Source: an uncultured bacterium (lineage in GTDB: Bacteria > Krumholzibacteriota > Krumholzibacteriia > JACNKJ01). Taken from it: a stretch of 64,000 nt of DNA. Made by a program: the position numbers and the translations under genes. The notes under the pieces are model-generated. The model worked only from the letters and a program-made list of their open reading frames with translations, was not told the origin of the DNA and did not search any database. Below, one piece after another: positions 1 to 9,868 of the stretch (positions are counted from its first letter, which is position 1; every line of letters starts with the position of its first letter). Location of the stretch: contig CAVOFT010000001.1 of the NCBI GenBank assembly GCA_963695095.1, positions 1,718,902-1,782,901 of the forward strand. The letters are read 5' to 3'.

Positions 1-1
1 C

Positions 2-772
2 TTCTGGTTGACCGGCGAGAGCCAGTCCACCCTGGATGCCGACGACCGCGCCCTGCTCGGCAGCTATCTCGGCGGCGGCGGATCGCTGCTGGCCTCGGGC
101 GACGAAATCGCCTGGGATCTCTGCTCGCCGGCGAGTCCCAACCACACGGCCCAGACCGAGCAGTGGGTGGAGAGCTTCTTCGACATCACCTATCAGCTGG
201 ACTTCGGCGGCACCCAGGTCGAGGGCCTGCCCGGCAGCGACGTCGGCCACGGCCTGAGCTTCGCGCTCACGGATCCCAGCGCGGATCCCGATGTCATCGC
301 CTTGGCCCGCGCTGGCGCCGCGCAGTTCGCCTACGGCGGCGGCGGCGTCGCCGGTGCCCTCAGCAGCTCGGGCAAGCGAATCCTCTTTCTGGGCTTCGAT
401 CTGGCCGACGTGGCGCCGGGCTCCCTGGCGCCCCTGCTCGCCAATGCCCTGATCGCCCTCGCCGCGCCTTCGGCCGGCGAGCCCACTGCCCTGCCCGCTC
501 GGCTCGCCCTGCTGCCCAACCAGCCCAATCCCTTCAATCCGAAGACGACGCTGCGCTTCCAGGCCCCGGCCGGCGGCCTGGCTCGCCTCGAGGTGCTGGA
601 CCTGCGCGGCCGCGTCGTGAGCAGCCTCGGCGTGGAACTGACGGCGGGCGAGAATGCGCTCTCCTTCACGGCCGTGGATGCGGCGGGCCGCGCGCTCGCC
701 AGCGGAACCTATTTCTATCGCGTGGCGCTGAACGGGGAGACCGTCAGCGGCAAGATGACCCTGCTCAAGTAG
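2..772 (+). CDS. C-terminal part of a secreted protein with FlgD-Ig/T9SS-type C-terminal domain (5' end outside window)
   Basis: Frame is open to the window edge; ends in LLPNQPNPFNPKTTLRF...LASGTYFYRV...GKMTLLK, the typical C-terminal sorting/FlgD-Ig motif. Confidence 0.8.
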   Translation, partial: FWLTGESQSTLDADDRALLGSYLGGGGSLLASGDEIAWDLCSPASPNHTAQTEQWVESFFDITYQLDFGGTQVEGLPGSDVGHGLSFALTDPSADPDVIALARAGAAQFAYGGGGVAGALSSSGKRILFLGFDLADVAPGSLAPLLANALIALAAPSAGEPTALPARLALLPNQPNPFNPKTTLRFQAPAGGLARLEVLDLRGRVVSSLGVELTAGENALSFTAVDAAGRALASGTYFYRVALNGETVSGKMTLLK

Positions 773-794
773 GGAAGCCAGGAAAGGACGCCGG

Positions 795-1316
795 ATGCGA
801 CGCCTCGTCTTCGCTGCGCTCTGCCTGATGATGGCAGTCGGCGCGAACGCCGCCGAGAAGCAGGTGCCCAGCTTCACGCTGAGCGACCTGGACGGCAAGC
901 CGCACAGCTCTGAGACCCTGATCGGCGGCGGCCCCGTGCTGCTGAACTTCTGGGCGACCTGGTGCAAGCCCTGCCTGGCCGAGCAGCCCAAGCTCAAGGC
1001 CTTCCACGCCGAGTGGGCGGCCAAGGGCCTGCGCGTGCTGTCGATCAGCGTCGACGATCCGCGCACCGCCAAGCAGGTCAAGCCCTTCGTGCATCGGCAC
1101 GGCATCGAATTCCCCGTCTACCTCGACAGCAATCAGGACGCCTATCGCAAGCTGGGCGGCCGGGCGGTGCCCTTCAACGTGCTGGTCGGCTCCGGCGGCG
1201 AGCTGCTGTCGGTGACCATGGGCTACAAGGAGCAGGACGCCGAGACCTGGGGCTCCCTCATCGAAGCGGATCTTGCGGCGCGGGCTGCCGAAGGGGAGGC
1301 GAAGCAGGGTGATTAG
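795..1316 (+). CDS. TlpA/ResA-family thioredoxin-like disulfide reductase with signal peptide
   Basis: Signal peptide; PSFTLSDLDG; VLLNFWATWCKPC (CxxC); cis-Pro motif AVP. Confidence 0.9.
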   Translation: MRRLVFAALCLMMAVGANAAEKQVPSFTLSDLDGKPHSSETLIGGGPVLLNFWATWCKPCLAEQPKLKAFHAEWAAKGLRVLSISVDDPRTAKQVKPFVHRHGIEFPVYLDSNQDAYRKLGGRAVPFNVLVGSGGELLSVTMGYKEQDAETWGSLIEADLAARAAEGEAKQGD

Positions 1317-2814
1317 GCGGGGAGCGGCCCTCGCGGCCGTCGTCCTTCTCGGTCTCGCGGGCGCGAGCCCCGTGGCCGCGGAGGGCATCACGGTGCAGGC
1401 CAACAACGACCTGCAGGCTAGCCACGACGTCGAGACCGAGCGGGACATCGTCGAGGACTGGCTGGACCTGGACCTCTACGGCGAGAACTTCCAGCTCGGC
1501 CTGCGCTACTCGAGTTTCGCGCCGCCCGATCCCATCGTCTCCACGGACCTGAGGAGCAGCGAGGGCATCACGCATCGCTTCGCCGAACTGCAGCTCCAGG
1601 CGACGCGCCTGCGCGTGGGCACCTTCACCAAGCTCTTCGGCCGCGGCCTCATCTTCCGCAGCTACGAAAACCGCGACTTGCGCGTGGACACCAACCTCGA
1701 CGGCGTGCTGCTCGAGCGCGAGGGCGGCTGGTGGCGGGGGGCCCTGCTCTCCGGCCGCACGGAAACCGGGCAGATGGAGACGGGCGAGCGGAGTCGCGCC
1801 GACCGCTTCAGCGGCGCCGACCTGGAGGCCGCGCGCGGCCCCCTCACCCTGGGCGGTTCCTTCCTGACCTTCGAGCGGCCGGACTCGCCCGCGCGTCCGC
1901 AGCTGCAGGCCCTGCGCGCCAGCTTCACGCAGGGGCCCTTCGCGCTGGACTGGGAGGGCGCCCGCCATCTGCCCGACGAGGCGGCGAACGATGACCAGCG
2001 CGGCGCGGGGCACATCGTGGAGGGCTCCTACCTGGTGGGTCCGCTGGGCATCTATGCCGGCTACAAGCGCTACCGCGACCTGGCCGTGCTCACCCAGGAC
2101 CAGAAGCTGATGAACCAGCCGCCCCTGCTCATCCACGATCCGCGCGCCACCCTGATCTCCCGCCATCCCCACCAGCTCGACCCCGATGACGAGAAGGGTC
2201 TGGTGGCGGACATCTCCCTCGGCACGGAACTGGGCGAGTTCCTGGTGTCCTACGCCGAGACGCAGCATATCGACGAGCGCTTCGGCCAGAACAGCTTCCA
2301 GGAGTCCTTCCTCGAGTGGGATCGCATCGGGCTCGGCCCCTTCGAGTCCGCGCACTTCATTCTCGATTTCCAGAAGGTGCCCTACTTCGATGCCAGCGAC
2401 ATCGCGCGCCCGGAGTGGGTCTGGGACTACTACATGACGACGGTGCTGGACCTGCGCGTGCCGGTGCCACAGGGCACCGTCGTCGGCGTCTGGGAGCATC
2501 AGCACAAGCGCGCCGAGCACAGCGGCGAGTTCGACGACGAGCTCTTCGTGCTCGAGTACGAGCACGCCAGCGGTTGGAGCCTCGGCCTGCTCGGCGAATT
2601 CCTGAACTGGACCCGCGAGCAGCAGCTCATCGAGCAGCAGGTGGCGGAGCGCTCGCGCTGGAGCGGGGTCCAGGTGGCGGCGCCGCTGGGCGAACGCCAC
2701 AATCTGCGCCTCTATGCGGGTGGACGCCGCGCGGGCTACATCTGCGTCGGCGGTGTCTGTCGCTACGAGCCCGCCTTCGACGGCCTCGAGCTCTCGCTCA
2801 CGAGCCGCTTCTAG
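1309..2814 (+). CDS. DUF6029-like outer-membrane beta-barrel protein
   Basis: GTG at 1309 overlaps the TlpA end; signal peptide; FGRGLIFRSYE; C-terminal GGRRAGYICVGGVCRYEPAFDG...TSRF with terminal Phe. Confidence 0.7.
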   Translation: MIRRGAALAAVVLLGLAGASPVAAEGITVQANNDLQASHDVETERDIVEDWLDLDLYGENFQLGLRYSSFAPPDPIVSTDLRSSEGITHRFAELQLQATRLRVGTFTKLFGRGLIFRSYENRDLRVDTNLDGVLLEREGGWWRGALLSGRTETGQMETGERSRADRFSGADLEAARGPLTLGGSFLTFERPDSPARPQLQALRASFTQGPFALDWEGARHLPDEAANDDQRGAGHIVEGSYLVGPLGIYAGYKRYRDLAVLTQDQKLMNQPPLLIHDPRATLISRHPHQLDPDDEKGLVADISLGTELGEFLVSYAETQHIDERFGQNSFQESFLEWDRIGLGPFESAHFILDFQKVPYFDASDIARPEWVWDYYMTTVLDLRVPVPQGTVVGVWEHQHKRAEHSGEFDDELFVLEYEHASGWSLGLLGEFLNWTREQQLIEQQVAERSRWSGVQVAAPLGERHNLRLYAGGRRAGYICVGGVCRYEPAFDGLELSLTSRF

Positions 2815-4043
2815 CGCGGCTGGCTTCTTGCCGCTGCGATCGCCGCGAGGCGCGCCTGGTTCTCCGGGCTCTGCGCCTCGCGATCGTACTTCCCCTCCAG
2901 CGCGACACCGATGCCCAGGGCAGCCACGGCGTAGGCGGCGGCAAGGGCGCCCGCCGTCCAGCGTCGCCAGCCGGGGCGGGCCGCTGCCAGCAAGGCGGCG
3001 GCGAGCGCCGCCAGGGGCAGCGCCGCCCCATGCAGGTAGCGCAGCTCGAGCCAACCTCTCGGCACGGGTATCAAAGCGTAGGGCAGCAGCGCCACCAGCG
3101 CCCAGGCCGCGAGGAAGCGCTGGCCGGCGGGTGCCCGCCGCGTGAAGAGCCGCGCCAAGCAGCCCGCCGCCACCAGCGCGCCGAGAGTGAGCTGCGCGAA
3201 GGCCAGCAGCCGGGCGCCGCTCGATGCGAGCGCCGGGTCGAGGCCGGCCACTTGCAGGGGCAGCAGGGCCAGGCCGAGGTAGCGCAGGTAGCGGGGCAGG
3301 AGCGGGGTCAGGCCACCGCCCGCCACGCTGGTCTGGGCGGTGTCCACCCCGGCCGCGCCCGTCGCCCAGAACCAGAGCGCGAGGGCGGGCAAGAAGAGGA
3401 AAGCGCCCAGGGCCCAGTCCGCGCGCCGCGCGGGGCGCCCCGCCAGCAGGCGGCGCAGGAGGACCAGCGGGCCGATCAACAGCCCCGACTCGTGGAGGAA
3501 GGGCGCCGCGAGGGCGATGGCGACGAGGAGGGCGGTCCGCGATCGCTGGCGCCGCCAGCGCGCCGGCTCCGCGGGGCGCTCGGCGAGGAGCAGCGCGACG
3601 AGGAGCAGGACGAAGCCCAGCAGTCCGCCACTGGTGCAGGCCCAGGTCACCTGCTTGCCGAAGTGGAAGACGCCGGCGAAGAAGGCGAGGGCGGCGGCGC
3701 GGGCGGCGAGGGGGCCAAGCCCCAGGCGGCCGAGGAGCAAGAGGCCGAGGCCGGCCGCGGCCGCCTGCAGCAGCACGTTGAAGCCGAGGTAGAGCCCGCT
3801 CGCCAGGCCGAAGAGCCGATGCTCGAGCGCGAAGAGCGCGAGGGCCAGCGGCCGGTAGAAGGCGATGTCGGCCTGCGGCGCGAAGAGCGCGAGCGGCGTC
3901 GGGGCAGCGGCGACCGCGCTGAGAAAGGGAAAGTCGTCAGCACGAAAGCCGTTGTCGAAGCTGCGCGCATAGACGGCCAGCGCGAGCAGCGACGCGAGAC
4001 CGAGCATCAGCCCGACTCGCCGGCGCGGATTCAGCGCTCCCAC
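2811..4043 (-). CDS. Polytopic membrane protein, GT-C-like glycosyltransferase
   Basis: Multiple TM segments; FDNGFRADDF and FYRPL motifs after TM1; late ELRYLH motif. Confidence 0.6.
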   Translation of the reverse strand: MGALNPRRRVGLMLGLASLLALAVYARSFDNGFRADDFPFLSAVAAAPTPLALFAPQADIAFYRPLALALFALEHRLFGLASGLYLGFNVLLQAAAAGLGLLLLGRLGLGPLAARAAALAFFAGVFHFGKQVTWACTSGGLLGFVLLLVALLLAERPAEPARWRRQRSRTALLVAIALAAPFLHESGLLIGPLVLLRRLLAGRPARRADWALGAFLFLPALALWFWATGAAGVDTAQTSVAGGGLTPLLPRYLRYLGLALLPLQVAGLDPALASSGARLLAFAQLTLGALVAAGCLARLFTRRAPAGQRFLAAWALVALLPYALIPVPRGWLELRYLHGAALPLAALAAALLAAARPGWRRWTAGALAAAYAVAALGIGVALEGKYDREAQSPENQARLAAIAAARSQPR

Positions 4044-4093
4044 TCAGCCACCTTTCGGCGCGCCGCCGCTCGAGGGGCGCGCCCCTGCGCGCC

Positions 4094-7060
4094 CTAGCGC
4101 AGGAGCGTCAGCTTCGGTCCGGCCAGGCGCTGGCCGTCCGCACTCAGCCGCGTGAAGTAGAGGCCGGCGGCCAGCGGGCGACCCGCGTCGTCGCGGCCAT
4201 CCCAGACGAGGGCCAGTTCGCCGGCCGGCTGGCCGCTGCGGGCGATGCTGCGCACGCGGCGTCCGCTGGCGGCGAAGATGTCCAGGCGCAGTTCGCGGGC
4301 GCCGGCGGCGAGCGCGAAGCGCAGGGTCGTCGCCGCACGCACAGGGTTGGGCCAGGCGGCGCCGGCGCTGACCAGCGGCGGCTGCTCGGGCGCCGCCGTG
4401 AGGTCCTCGAGGAAGTGCGAGACCCAGGTGCTCCAGGCGCTGGCGCCGAGGGCGTACTCGTGGATCATCCAGAACTCGACGCCGCCCGGATCGACGGCCA
4501 CCGCGCTGTAGTCGCCCCAGCGATTCTGCGTGTAGGCGGCCAGGCTGTCCTTGAGGCGCACGGGCGCCTGCATGGTGCCCGCCGGATCGCCGGCGGCGCG
4601 GTAGGCGCGCTGCATCGAGTAGTACTCGCTGGTCGAGGAATAGGCGAAGCACATGGCGGCGTCGCCCAGGGCGTTCACGCTGATCGAGTTGAAGGTGGCA
4701 TAGCCGGTGCCGCCCGGCAGCACGTCGCCCGTCTGCACGAGCGTGGGCGGGTTGCCGCTGGCGGGCCAGCCGTTCATCGCGAACTGGTACCAGCGCGCCA
4801 CGCTGGTGGTGCGCGCCGAGGTCGGCGCCGCGTGGTGGCAGGCCCAGAGGTAGCCGTCCCGGTAGACGCAGCTCCAGAAGCGGGCCTCGAAGGTGATCAC
4901 CTGCGTCGAGGTGCCCAGGCTGCGCGCGCTGGGCGGCGTCCACCAGGTGGGCACGGTGAGCGCGGTGGAGACCAGATTGGGCGCGCCGAGCGGGTTCTGC
5001 ACCGCCCAGAAGGTGATCGTGCTGGCGCTCAGGCTCTCGTTGGCGTGGAGCATGTACATCGCCGGCGCGTCGGTGACCTGGACCGGCAGGCCCATCGACT
5101 GGGTGCCCGTGTGCAGCACGCTGGTGGTCGCCGCCGCGCCGCCGCCGAGCACGCTGGCCTTGTCCAGGATGTAGACCAGGTAGGTGTCGGGCGAGAAGAA
5201 GTCCGCCGTGAGGTAGACGGCCTGCTCGTCGACGGCCATGTTCGGCGAGTCGATGTCGTTCCCGGCCAGGCTGGTCACGTTGAAGCGGTACTTGTGCCAG
5301 CTGCCGGTGGGGTCGCCGGTGGCCGATACGGCGAAGAGGAAGTAGGACTGTCCGCTCGTGCGCTCGCAGGCCATGGCCATGAAACGCGCGGCCAGCGGGT
5401 CGAAGATCACTTCCGGATCGAAGACGAAGCCGCCGGCTCCCAGCGCGCCCCAGAAGCCGCCCGCGCCCTCGATGGGCTCCTGCCAGAGCGGCGTGCCGTC
5501 CTTGAGGAAGGCGGCCAGCGCGCCGTTCACCGTGGCCACCACGTGGTTCGCGCCGACGGCCATGTGCGGATCGGGCGGGGTCCAGCCCGTGTTGGCGATC
5601 GCCTGCCAGCCGGCATCGCGGCCGCCGCCGCCGGGCCAGGCCGTCTCGGCGTCGAGAGCGCCGGCCTGGAAATCGGGATCGAAGACCGGCGGCTGATGGG
5701 GGAGCGCGGCCCCGGATGCGAAGCTCGTGGCGCCGGCGAGGCCCGCGGCGGGCGCGAGGCGCTCGGCGAGGCCGGCCAGCGCGAGGCGCCCGGTCAGGGC
5801 CAGGCGGGCCAGCGGGTTCGCGGGCACAGGCAGCAGCAAGGTGAGGTTGGCGGCACTCGTGTCGCCCTGGCCCGCATCGCCCGCCCAGGCGACGGCCAGC
5901 CGGCCGTCCTCGCCCAGGACGAGGCGCTCGACGCCCGTAGCCGCGGCCATCGCCTGCCAGCCGGCAGCGAGGGCATTGACCCGGAAGGCGGGACCCCGCG
6001 CCGCACCGTCCGCGCCATAGCGGCGCGCGTAGACGTCGGCCTCGCGGCCGTCGGCGCTGAGCTGATTCCAGGCGACCGCGAGCTCGCCCGCCGCATTGCT
6101 CGCCAGGGCGACGCCACTCTGCCAGCCGCCCTGCTCGGCGCCGGGCGCCAGCGCGGCCAGCGCAAGCGAGCCCGCGGCCACGCGGCCCAGGCGCACGCGC
6201 CAGTCGATACCCTCGCGCGCCATCCAGGCCAGGGCCAGCTCACCGCCGGCGAGCGCGGCCAGGCTCGGCTCGATGCCGCCGGCGGCGAGGAGCCGCTCGT
6301 CGCCCAGCGGGCGCCCCGCGGCGTCGAAGCAGCGCAGCAACACGCCGCCGGCCTCGGGCAGGCCCGGCACCTGGCGCTGCCAGGCGACGGCGAAGCCACC
6401 GCCAGGGAGGGCGGCAAGACTCGGCAGGCGATCCAGGGCGCCCGCGCCGTCGCTGAGGGCCAGCTCGCCGCCGAGCGGGGTGCCCGCGGCGTCGACAAGG
6501 CGGCCACGGAGACGGCTGGTCCCGGGCTCCGCGCCGGGGCTCGCCCACACCGCCAAGCGCCGGCCCTCGGCGCCGGACAGGGCCAGCACGGCCGGCGTCT
6601 CCTGGGAACCAGCGATTGTGGTATTCAGTAGCAGCTCGTCGCCGCCTTCCCGTCGACTGAGAATCCCCTGCGCAGAACCATCGAGGCCCCAGGCCTCCCA
6701 GACCATCCAAGCGCCACCGGGCCCGGAGGCCACCGCCGGATGCTGATGATGCGTGCCGCGGCCGAGGTTCACGGCCAGCTCGCCGCCCCGGGGGCTGCCC
6801 CAGGCGTCCAGCCGCCGCGCGTACACGCCATAGCGGCCTTCCTGCTGGCGGCGGCTCTCCCAGACCGCGAGCAGACCGCCGTCGGGCTCCAGGGTCAGGG
6901 CCACCTGCTCTTGCCCACTGCCGCGGAAGTCGTTCAGGCGCAGTTCGCGGCGCAGGTAGTGATCGGCGCCGGCGCTGAGGCCATCGGCGGCCAGCGCCAG
7001 CGAGGGCGCGAGGAGGGCAATGGCAAGCAATCCGCAACGGCGGGCGAGGCGCGGCAACAT
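4094..7060 (-). CDS. Large secreted protein: repeat (probable beta-propeller) domain, second propeller-like domain, FlgD-Ig C-terminal domain
   Basis: ATG 7060 with GGAGG RBS; signal peptide; about 7 repeats like ExxxNxxxxGxQxxPxVA..G...VW; PPDPHMAVG, FDP, DSPNMAVD and RWGDYS motifs; C-terminal WPNP...WDGRDDAGRPLAAGLYF. Confidence 0.8.
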   Translation of the reverse strand: MLPRLARRCGLLAIALLAPSLALAADGLSAGADHYLRRELRLNDFRGSGQEQVALTLEPDGGLLAVWESRRQQEGRYGVYARRLDAWGSPRGGELAVNLGRGTHHQHPAVASGPGGAWMVWEAWGLDGSAQGILSRREGGDELLLNTTIAGSQETPAVLALSGAEGRRLAVWASPGAEPGTSRLRGRLVDAAGTPLGGELALSDGAGALDRLPSLAALPGGGFAVAWQRQVPGLPEAGGVLLRCFDAAGRPLGDERLLAAGGIEPSLAALAGGELALAWMAREGIDWRVRLGRVAAGSLALAALAPGAEQGGWQSGVALASNAAGELAVAWNQLSADGREADVYARRYGADGAARGPAFRVNALAAGWQAMAAATGVERLVLGEDGRLAVAWAGDAGQGDTSAANLTLLLPVPANPLARLALTGRLALAGLAERLAPAAGLAGATSFASGAALPHQPPVFDPDFQAGALDAETAWPGGGGRDAGWQAIANTGWTPPDPHMAVGANHVVATVNGALAAFLKDGTPLWQEPIEGAGGFWGALGAGGFVFDPEVIFDPLAARFMAMACERTSGQSYFLFAVSATGDPTGSWHKYRFNVTSLAGNDIDSPNMAVDEQAVYLTADFFSPDTYLVYILDKASVLGGGAAATTSVLHTGTQSMGLPVQVTDAPAMYMLHANESLSASTITFWAVQNPLGAPNLVSTALTVPTWWTPPSARSLGTSTQVITFEARFWSCVYRDGYLWACHHAAPTSARTTSVARWYQFAMNGWPASGNPPTLVQTGDVLPGGTGYATFNSISVNALGDAAMCFAYSSTSEYYSMQRAYRAAGDPAGTMQAPVRLKDSLAAYTQNRWGDYSAVAVDPGGVEFWMIHEYALGASAWSTWVSHFLEDLTAAPEQPPLVSAGAAWPNPVRAATTLRFALAAGARELRLDIFAASGRRVRSIARSGQPAGELALVWDGRDDAGRPLAAGLYFTRLSADGQRLAGPKLTLLR

Positions 7061-7112
7061 GGGGACCTCCGGGGAGCGACTGAGGGATGGCGAGAGGAGC
7101 GCACGAAGCTCC

Positions 7113-7187
7113 ATTATATCGCGGCGCGCCCGCTTTCCCAAGCCCTTTGCGCTCGGCTTGACGCGCTTGCAACCCTGTGTTAACAAT
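7113..7187. promoter_or_regulatory. Divergent sigma70-like promoters
   Basis: Minus strand: TTGGGA(7141-7136)-N17-TATAAT(7118-7113). Plus strand: TTGACG(7158-7163)-N17-TAACAAT. AT-rich island between divergent genes. Confidence 0.55.
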
Positions 7188-7241
7188 GCCCCGCCGGCCT
7201 TCCGGCCGCCTGTAGCCGGGCCCTTCCCACCCACAGAAGGA

Positions 7242-8576
7242 ATGCTGAACTCCTTGACCGCCTCCCGCCACCATGGCCGGCCACTGCCGATCCTCCTCCT
7301 CGTCGGCCTCGCCGTCAGTCTGGGCTGTCTGGAGCCTGGCGACACGCCCCTGGGTCCCGACAACGGCATGGCGCCCATCCCCGCCGAGGCCCGGGTCTTC
7401 GAGCTCGCCGGCGAGGCCCTCGGCCTGCGGGTGACGCGGCTGGAGGAGAGCCGGCCGCTCTTTGCCACGCAGGTCATCTACTGCGGCTTCGATTCCACCA
7501 GCGGCTTCCGTTCCGAGCCCGTCTTTCGCTTCGATTGCAGCAGGCTCGATCCCTACATCTCCGGAATCGCGCGCGCGCAGCTGCTGCCCACCTTTCCCAG
7601 CCCGAATGCGGCCAAACCCTGGCTGGGCGACAACCCCGACCTGGGCCGCGCGGTCAGCGTTCGCGTCTGGCGACTGCCCGACCTGGACTTCGAGAGCGAA
7701 GTGCTCACGGGGGTAAGCGCCGTGTCCGGCGCCTGGCCGCTCAGCGCCGATGCCGTGCAGCTGGAGGTCAGCGGCACGCTTCCCCTGCCCCCCGACAGCG
7801 TGGATGCCTGGATCGCCGAAGGCGCCGTGGTGAACCTGGCCCTCGGCTACGAGGACGCGCTGAGCGAGACGGGTCTCCTGCGTCTATTCAGCACCCGCTC
7901 GGACTCGACGCCGACGGTGCTGCAGATCGAGGCCGTGTCGAGCGTGGAGGCCACCCAGTCCATCAAGCCCACGCTCGACGGCCAGCTCGCCGACAAGCTC
8001 GACAGCGGCGTCGAGTTCGCCGATCGCCTGCTGCTCGCCACGGGTATCACGCGGGACGCGCATCTGATCTTCGAGCTGCCGGATTCCCTGCGCGATCCGA
8101 CGATCATCCTCGTGCGGGCCATCCTGGAACTCTGGCCGGACAGCAGCGGCCTGGTCGGCATGAGCCCGCTCGATCGCCGGGACAACGAACTCGGCGGGGT
8201 CTACTTCAACGAGGGTGGGCTCACCGTCGCCCTCCAGGCCGTCGACGACAGCCTGCCCGGCTCGCCCGGCATCGAGGAGGGCCTCTTGCTCGAGTCGCGC
8301 CTGCCCGTCTTCGAGTACTTCCTCAGTTACGGAGACGACGCGGAGCACACTCAGCTCACGGAGACCCAGCTGACGATGCCGCTGCGGCTGCCGCTCACGA
8401 AGTGGCTGCAGGCCTGGATGAACGGCAGCGATGAGAACGTCGGCATCACCTTGCGCCTGAGCGGCGCCGAAGAGCGCCTGCGCCAGGTCGCCTACCACCT
8501 GAATGCCAGCGCCCCCCTGGACGGGCTGAAGCCCCGCCTGGAGCTCATCTACCTGAAGAGGCCCGACTTTGACTAG
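7242..8576 (+). CDS. Lipoprotein of unknown function (loosely DUF4270-like)
   Basis: Lipobox LAVSLG-C; acidic beta-rich body ending KPRLELIY; coding-like codon usage. Confidence 0.65.
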   Translation: MLNSLTASRHHGRPLPILLLVGLAVSLGCLEPGDTPLGPDNGMAPIPAEARVFELAGEALGLRVTRLEESRPLFATQVIYCGFDSTSGFRSEPVFRFDCSRLDPYISGIARAQLLPTFPSPNAAKPWLGDNPDLGRAVSVRVWRLPDLDFESEVLTGVSAVSGAWPLSADAVQLEVSGTLPLPPDSVDAWIAEGAVVNLALGYEDALSETGLLRLFSTRSDSTPTVLQIEAVSSVEATQSIKPTLDGQLADKLDSGVEFADRLLLATGITRDAHLIFELPDSLRDPTIILVRAILELWPDSSGLVGMSPLDRRDNELGGVYFNEGGLTVALQAVDDSLPGSPGIEEGLLLESRLPVFEYFLSYGDDAEHTQLTETQLTMPLRLPLTKWLQAWMNGSDENVGITLRLSGAEERLRQVAYHLNASAPLDGLKPRLELIYLKRPDFD

Positions 8577-9819
8577 GCGCCGGATCGCAGGGCTGGGGCT
8601 CGTCCTCGCCGCCCTCGCGGCGGCGCCTGGCGCGCGCGGCGAGAGCCTGCTCGAGTTGCTGCCGCCGGGCGAGCCGCTCGTGCCCCTGGACGCCCATGCC
8701 ATCGCCCTGGGCGGCGCGTCCGAGGCGCGCTGGGAGCTGGAGAGCGGCCTGCCCTCCAATCCCGCGCAGCTCGTGGCCATCGAGGGCGTCAGCTTCGCCA
8801 CCGTCCTTCAGCTGCGCCGCGGCCTGCGCGATCTGCCGGGCGAGGGCCCGGACTGGGACGAGACCCGCCAGGACTTTCCGGCCTTCCAGATCAGCGCCTC
8901 CCTGCCGCGGGGCCTGCGCCTGGGCCTGGGCTACCGCGCCGATCTGCGCAGCCGGGGCGCTTACGGCTTCACCGTGCCCTTCGCACTCGACGGCGCGATC
9001 GATCACTACGCCGTGGACTACACGCAGAGCGGCGGCCTCTCGCGCTTTCCGATCAGCCTGGCAATGCCCTTGGGCGAGAACTACCGCGCCGGCATCGGCC
9101 TCAATCTCTACCGCGGCAATCTCACCCAGGAGTGGGCCTACGATTTTCCCAATGCCGTCAGTGGCGATTCCGACCTCGGCTATCAGGATCGCAAGGTGCG
9201 CCGCCAGGCGAGCTGGTCCGGCACCGGCCTGGTCTGCGGCCTGCAGGCCCGGCCCCTGGGCCCGGCCACGGTGTTCTCGCTGCGCTGGGACAGCGGCGCC
9301 GACCTCAACGGCGATTCCCAGATCGAGACAGCCGGCGAGGCCGATCTCGAGTCGATGCAGCTCGACGGTCGCATGCCGGCCCGCTGGGCGCTCGGCGCGG
9401 CGCAGCGCCTGCCGCGCGGCGCCATCGTCTCCCTGCAGTGGGAGCACGAGGCCTGGGCGAACTACGCGGCGCCGCTGGCCGTCCGCGACCTGGCCGATGT
9501 CGATCGCCTCTCTCTGGGGCTCGAGTGGCTCTGGGGCGAGGCCGGTCGCGGAGCCCGCGCCCAGCGCCAGCTGCCCCTGCGGCTGGGGCTGCGCCGCGGC
9601 AACTGGCCGGCGCCCGACCCGCTGACGGGCAGCGAGGTCGTCGAGACGACCTTCGCGCTCGGCAGCGGAGTGGATCTGCCGGCCGGGCGAGGCTCCCTCG
9701 ACCTCACGTTCTTCTGGCAGCAACTTGCCGTGGAGGGTGGCGAAGGCGAGCGCCGCTTCGGGTTCGCGCTCAGCCTGCGCACCACCGAGACCTGGTCGCG
9801 GCGCACCCAGCCCTATTAG
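8569..9819 (+). CDS. Putative outer-membrane beta-barrel protein (FadL/PorV-like)
   Basis: Signal peptide; AIALGG...SNPA N-terminal motif; amphipathic beta strands; C-terminal TTETW. Confidence 0.6.
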   Translation: MTRRRIAGLGLVLAALAAAPGARGESLLELLPPGEPLVPLDAHAIALGGASEARWELESGLPSNPAQLVAIEGVSFATVLQLRRGLRDLPGEGPDWDETRQDFPAFQISASLPRGLRLGLGYRADLRSRGAYGFTVPFALDGAIDHYAVDYTQSGGLSRFPISLAMPLGENYRAGIGLNLYRGNLTQEWAYDFPNAVSGDSDLGYQDRKVRRQASWSGTGLVCGLQARPLGPATVFSLRWDSGADLNGDSQIETAGEADLESMQLDGRMPARWALGAAQRLPRGAIVSLQWEHEAWANYAAPLAVRDLADVDRLSLGLEWLWGEAGRGARAQRQLPLRLGLRRGNWPAPDPLTGSEVVETTFALGSGVDLPAGRGSLDLTFFWQQLAVEGGEGERRFGFALSLRTTETWSRRTQPY

Positions 9820-9868
9820 GCGGGCGCCGCGACGACCGCCGGCTTCGCTCATGAGCCAAGGAGAGACC

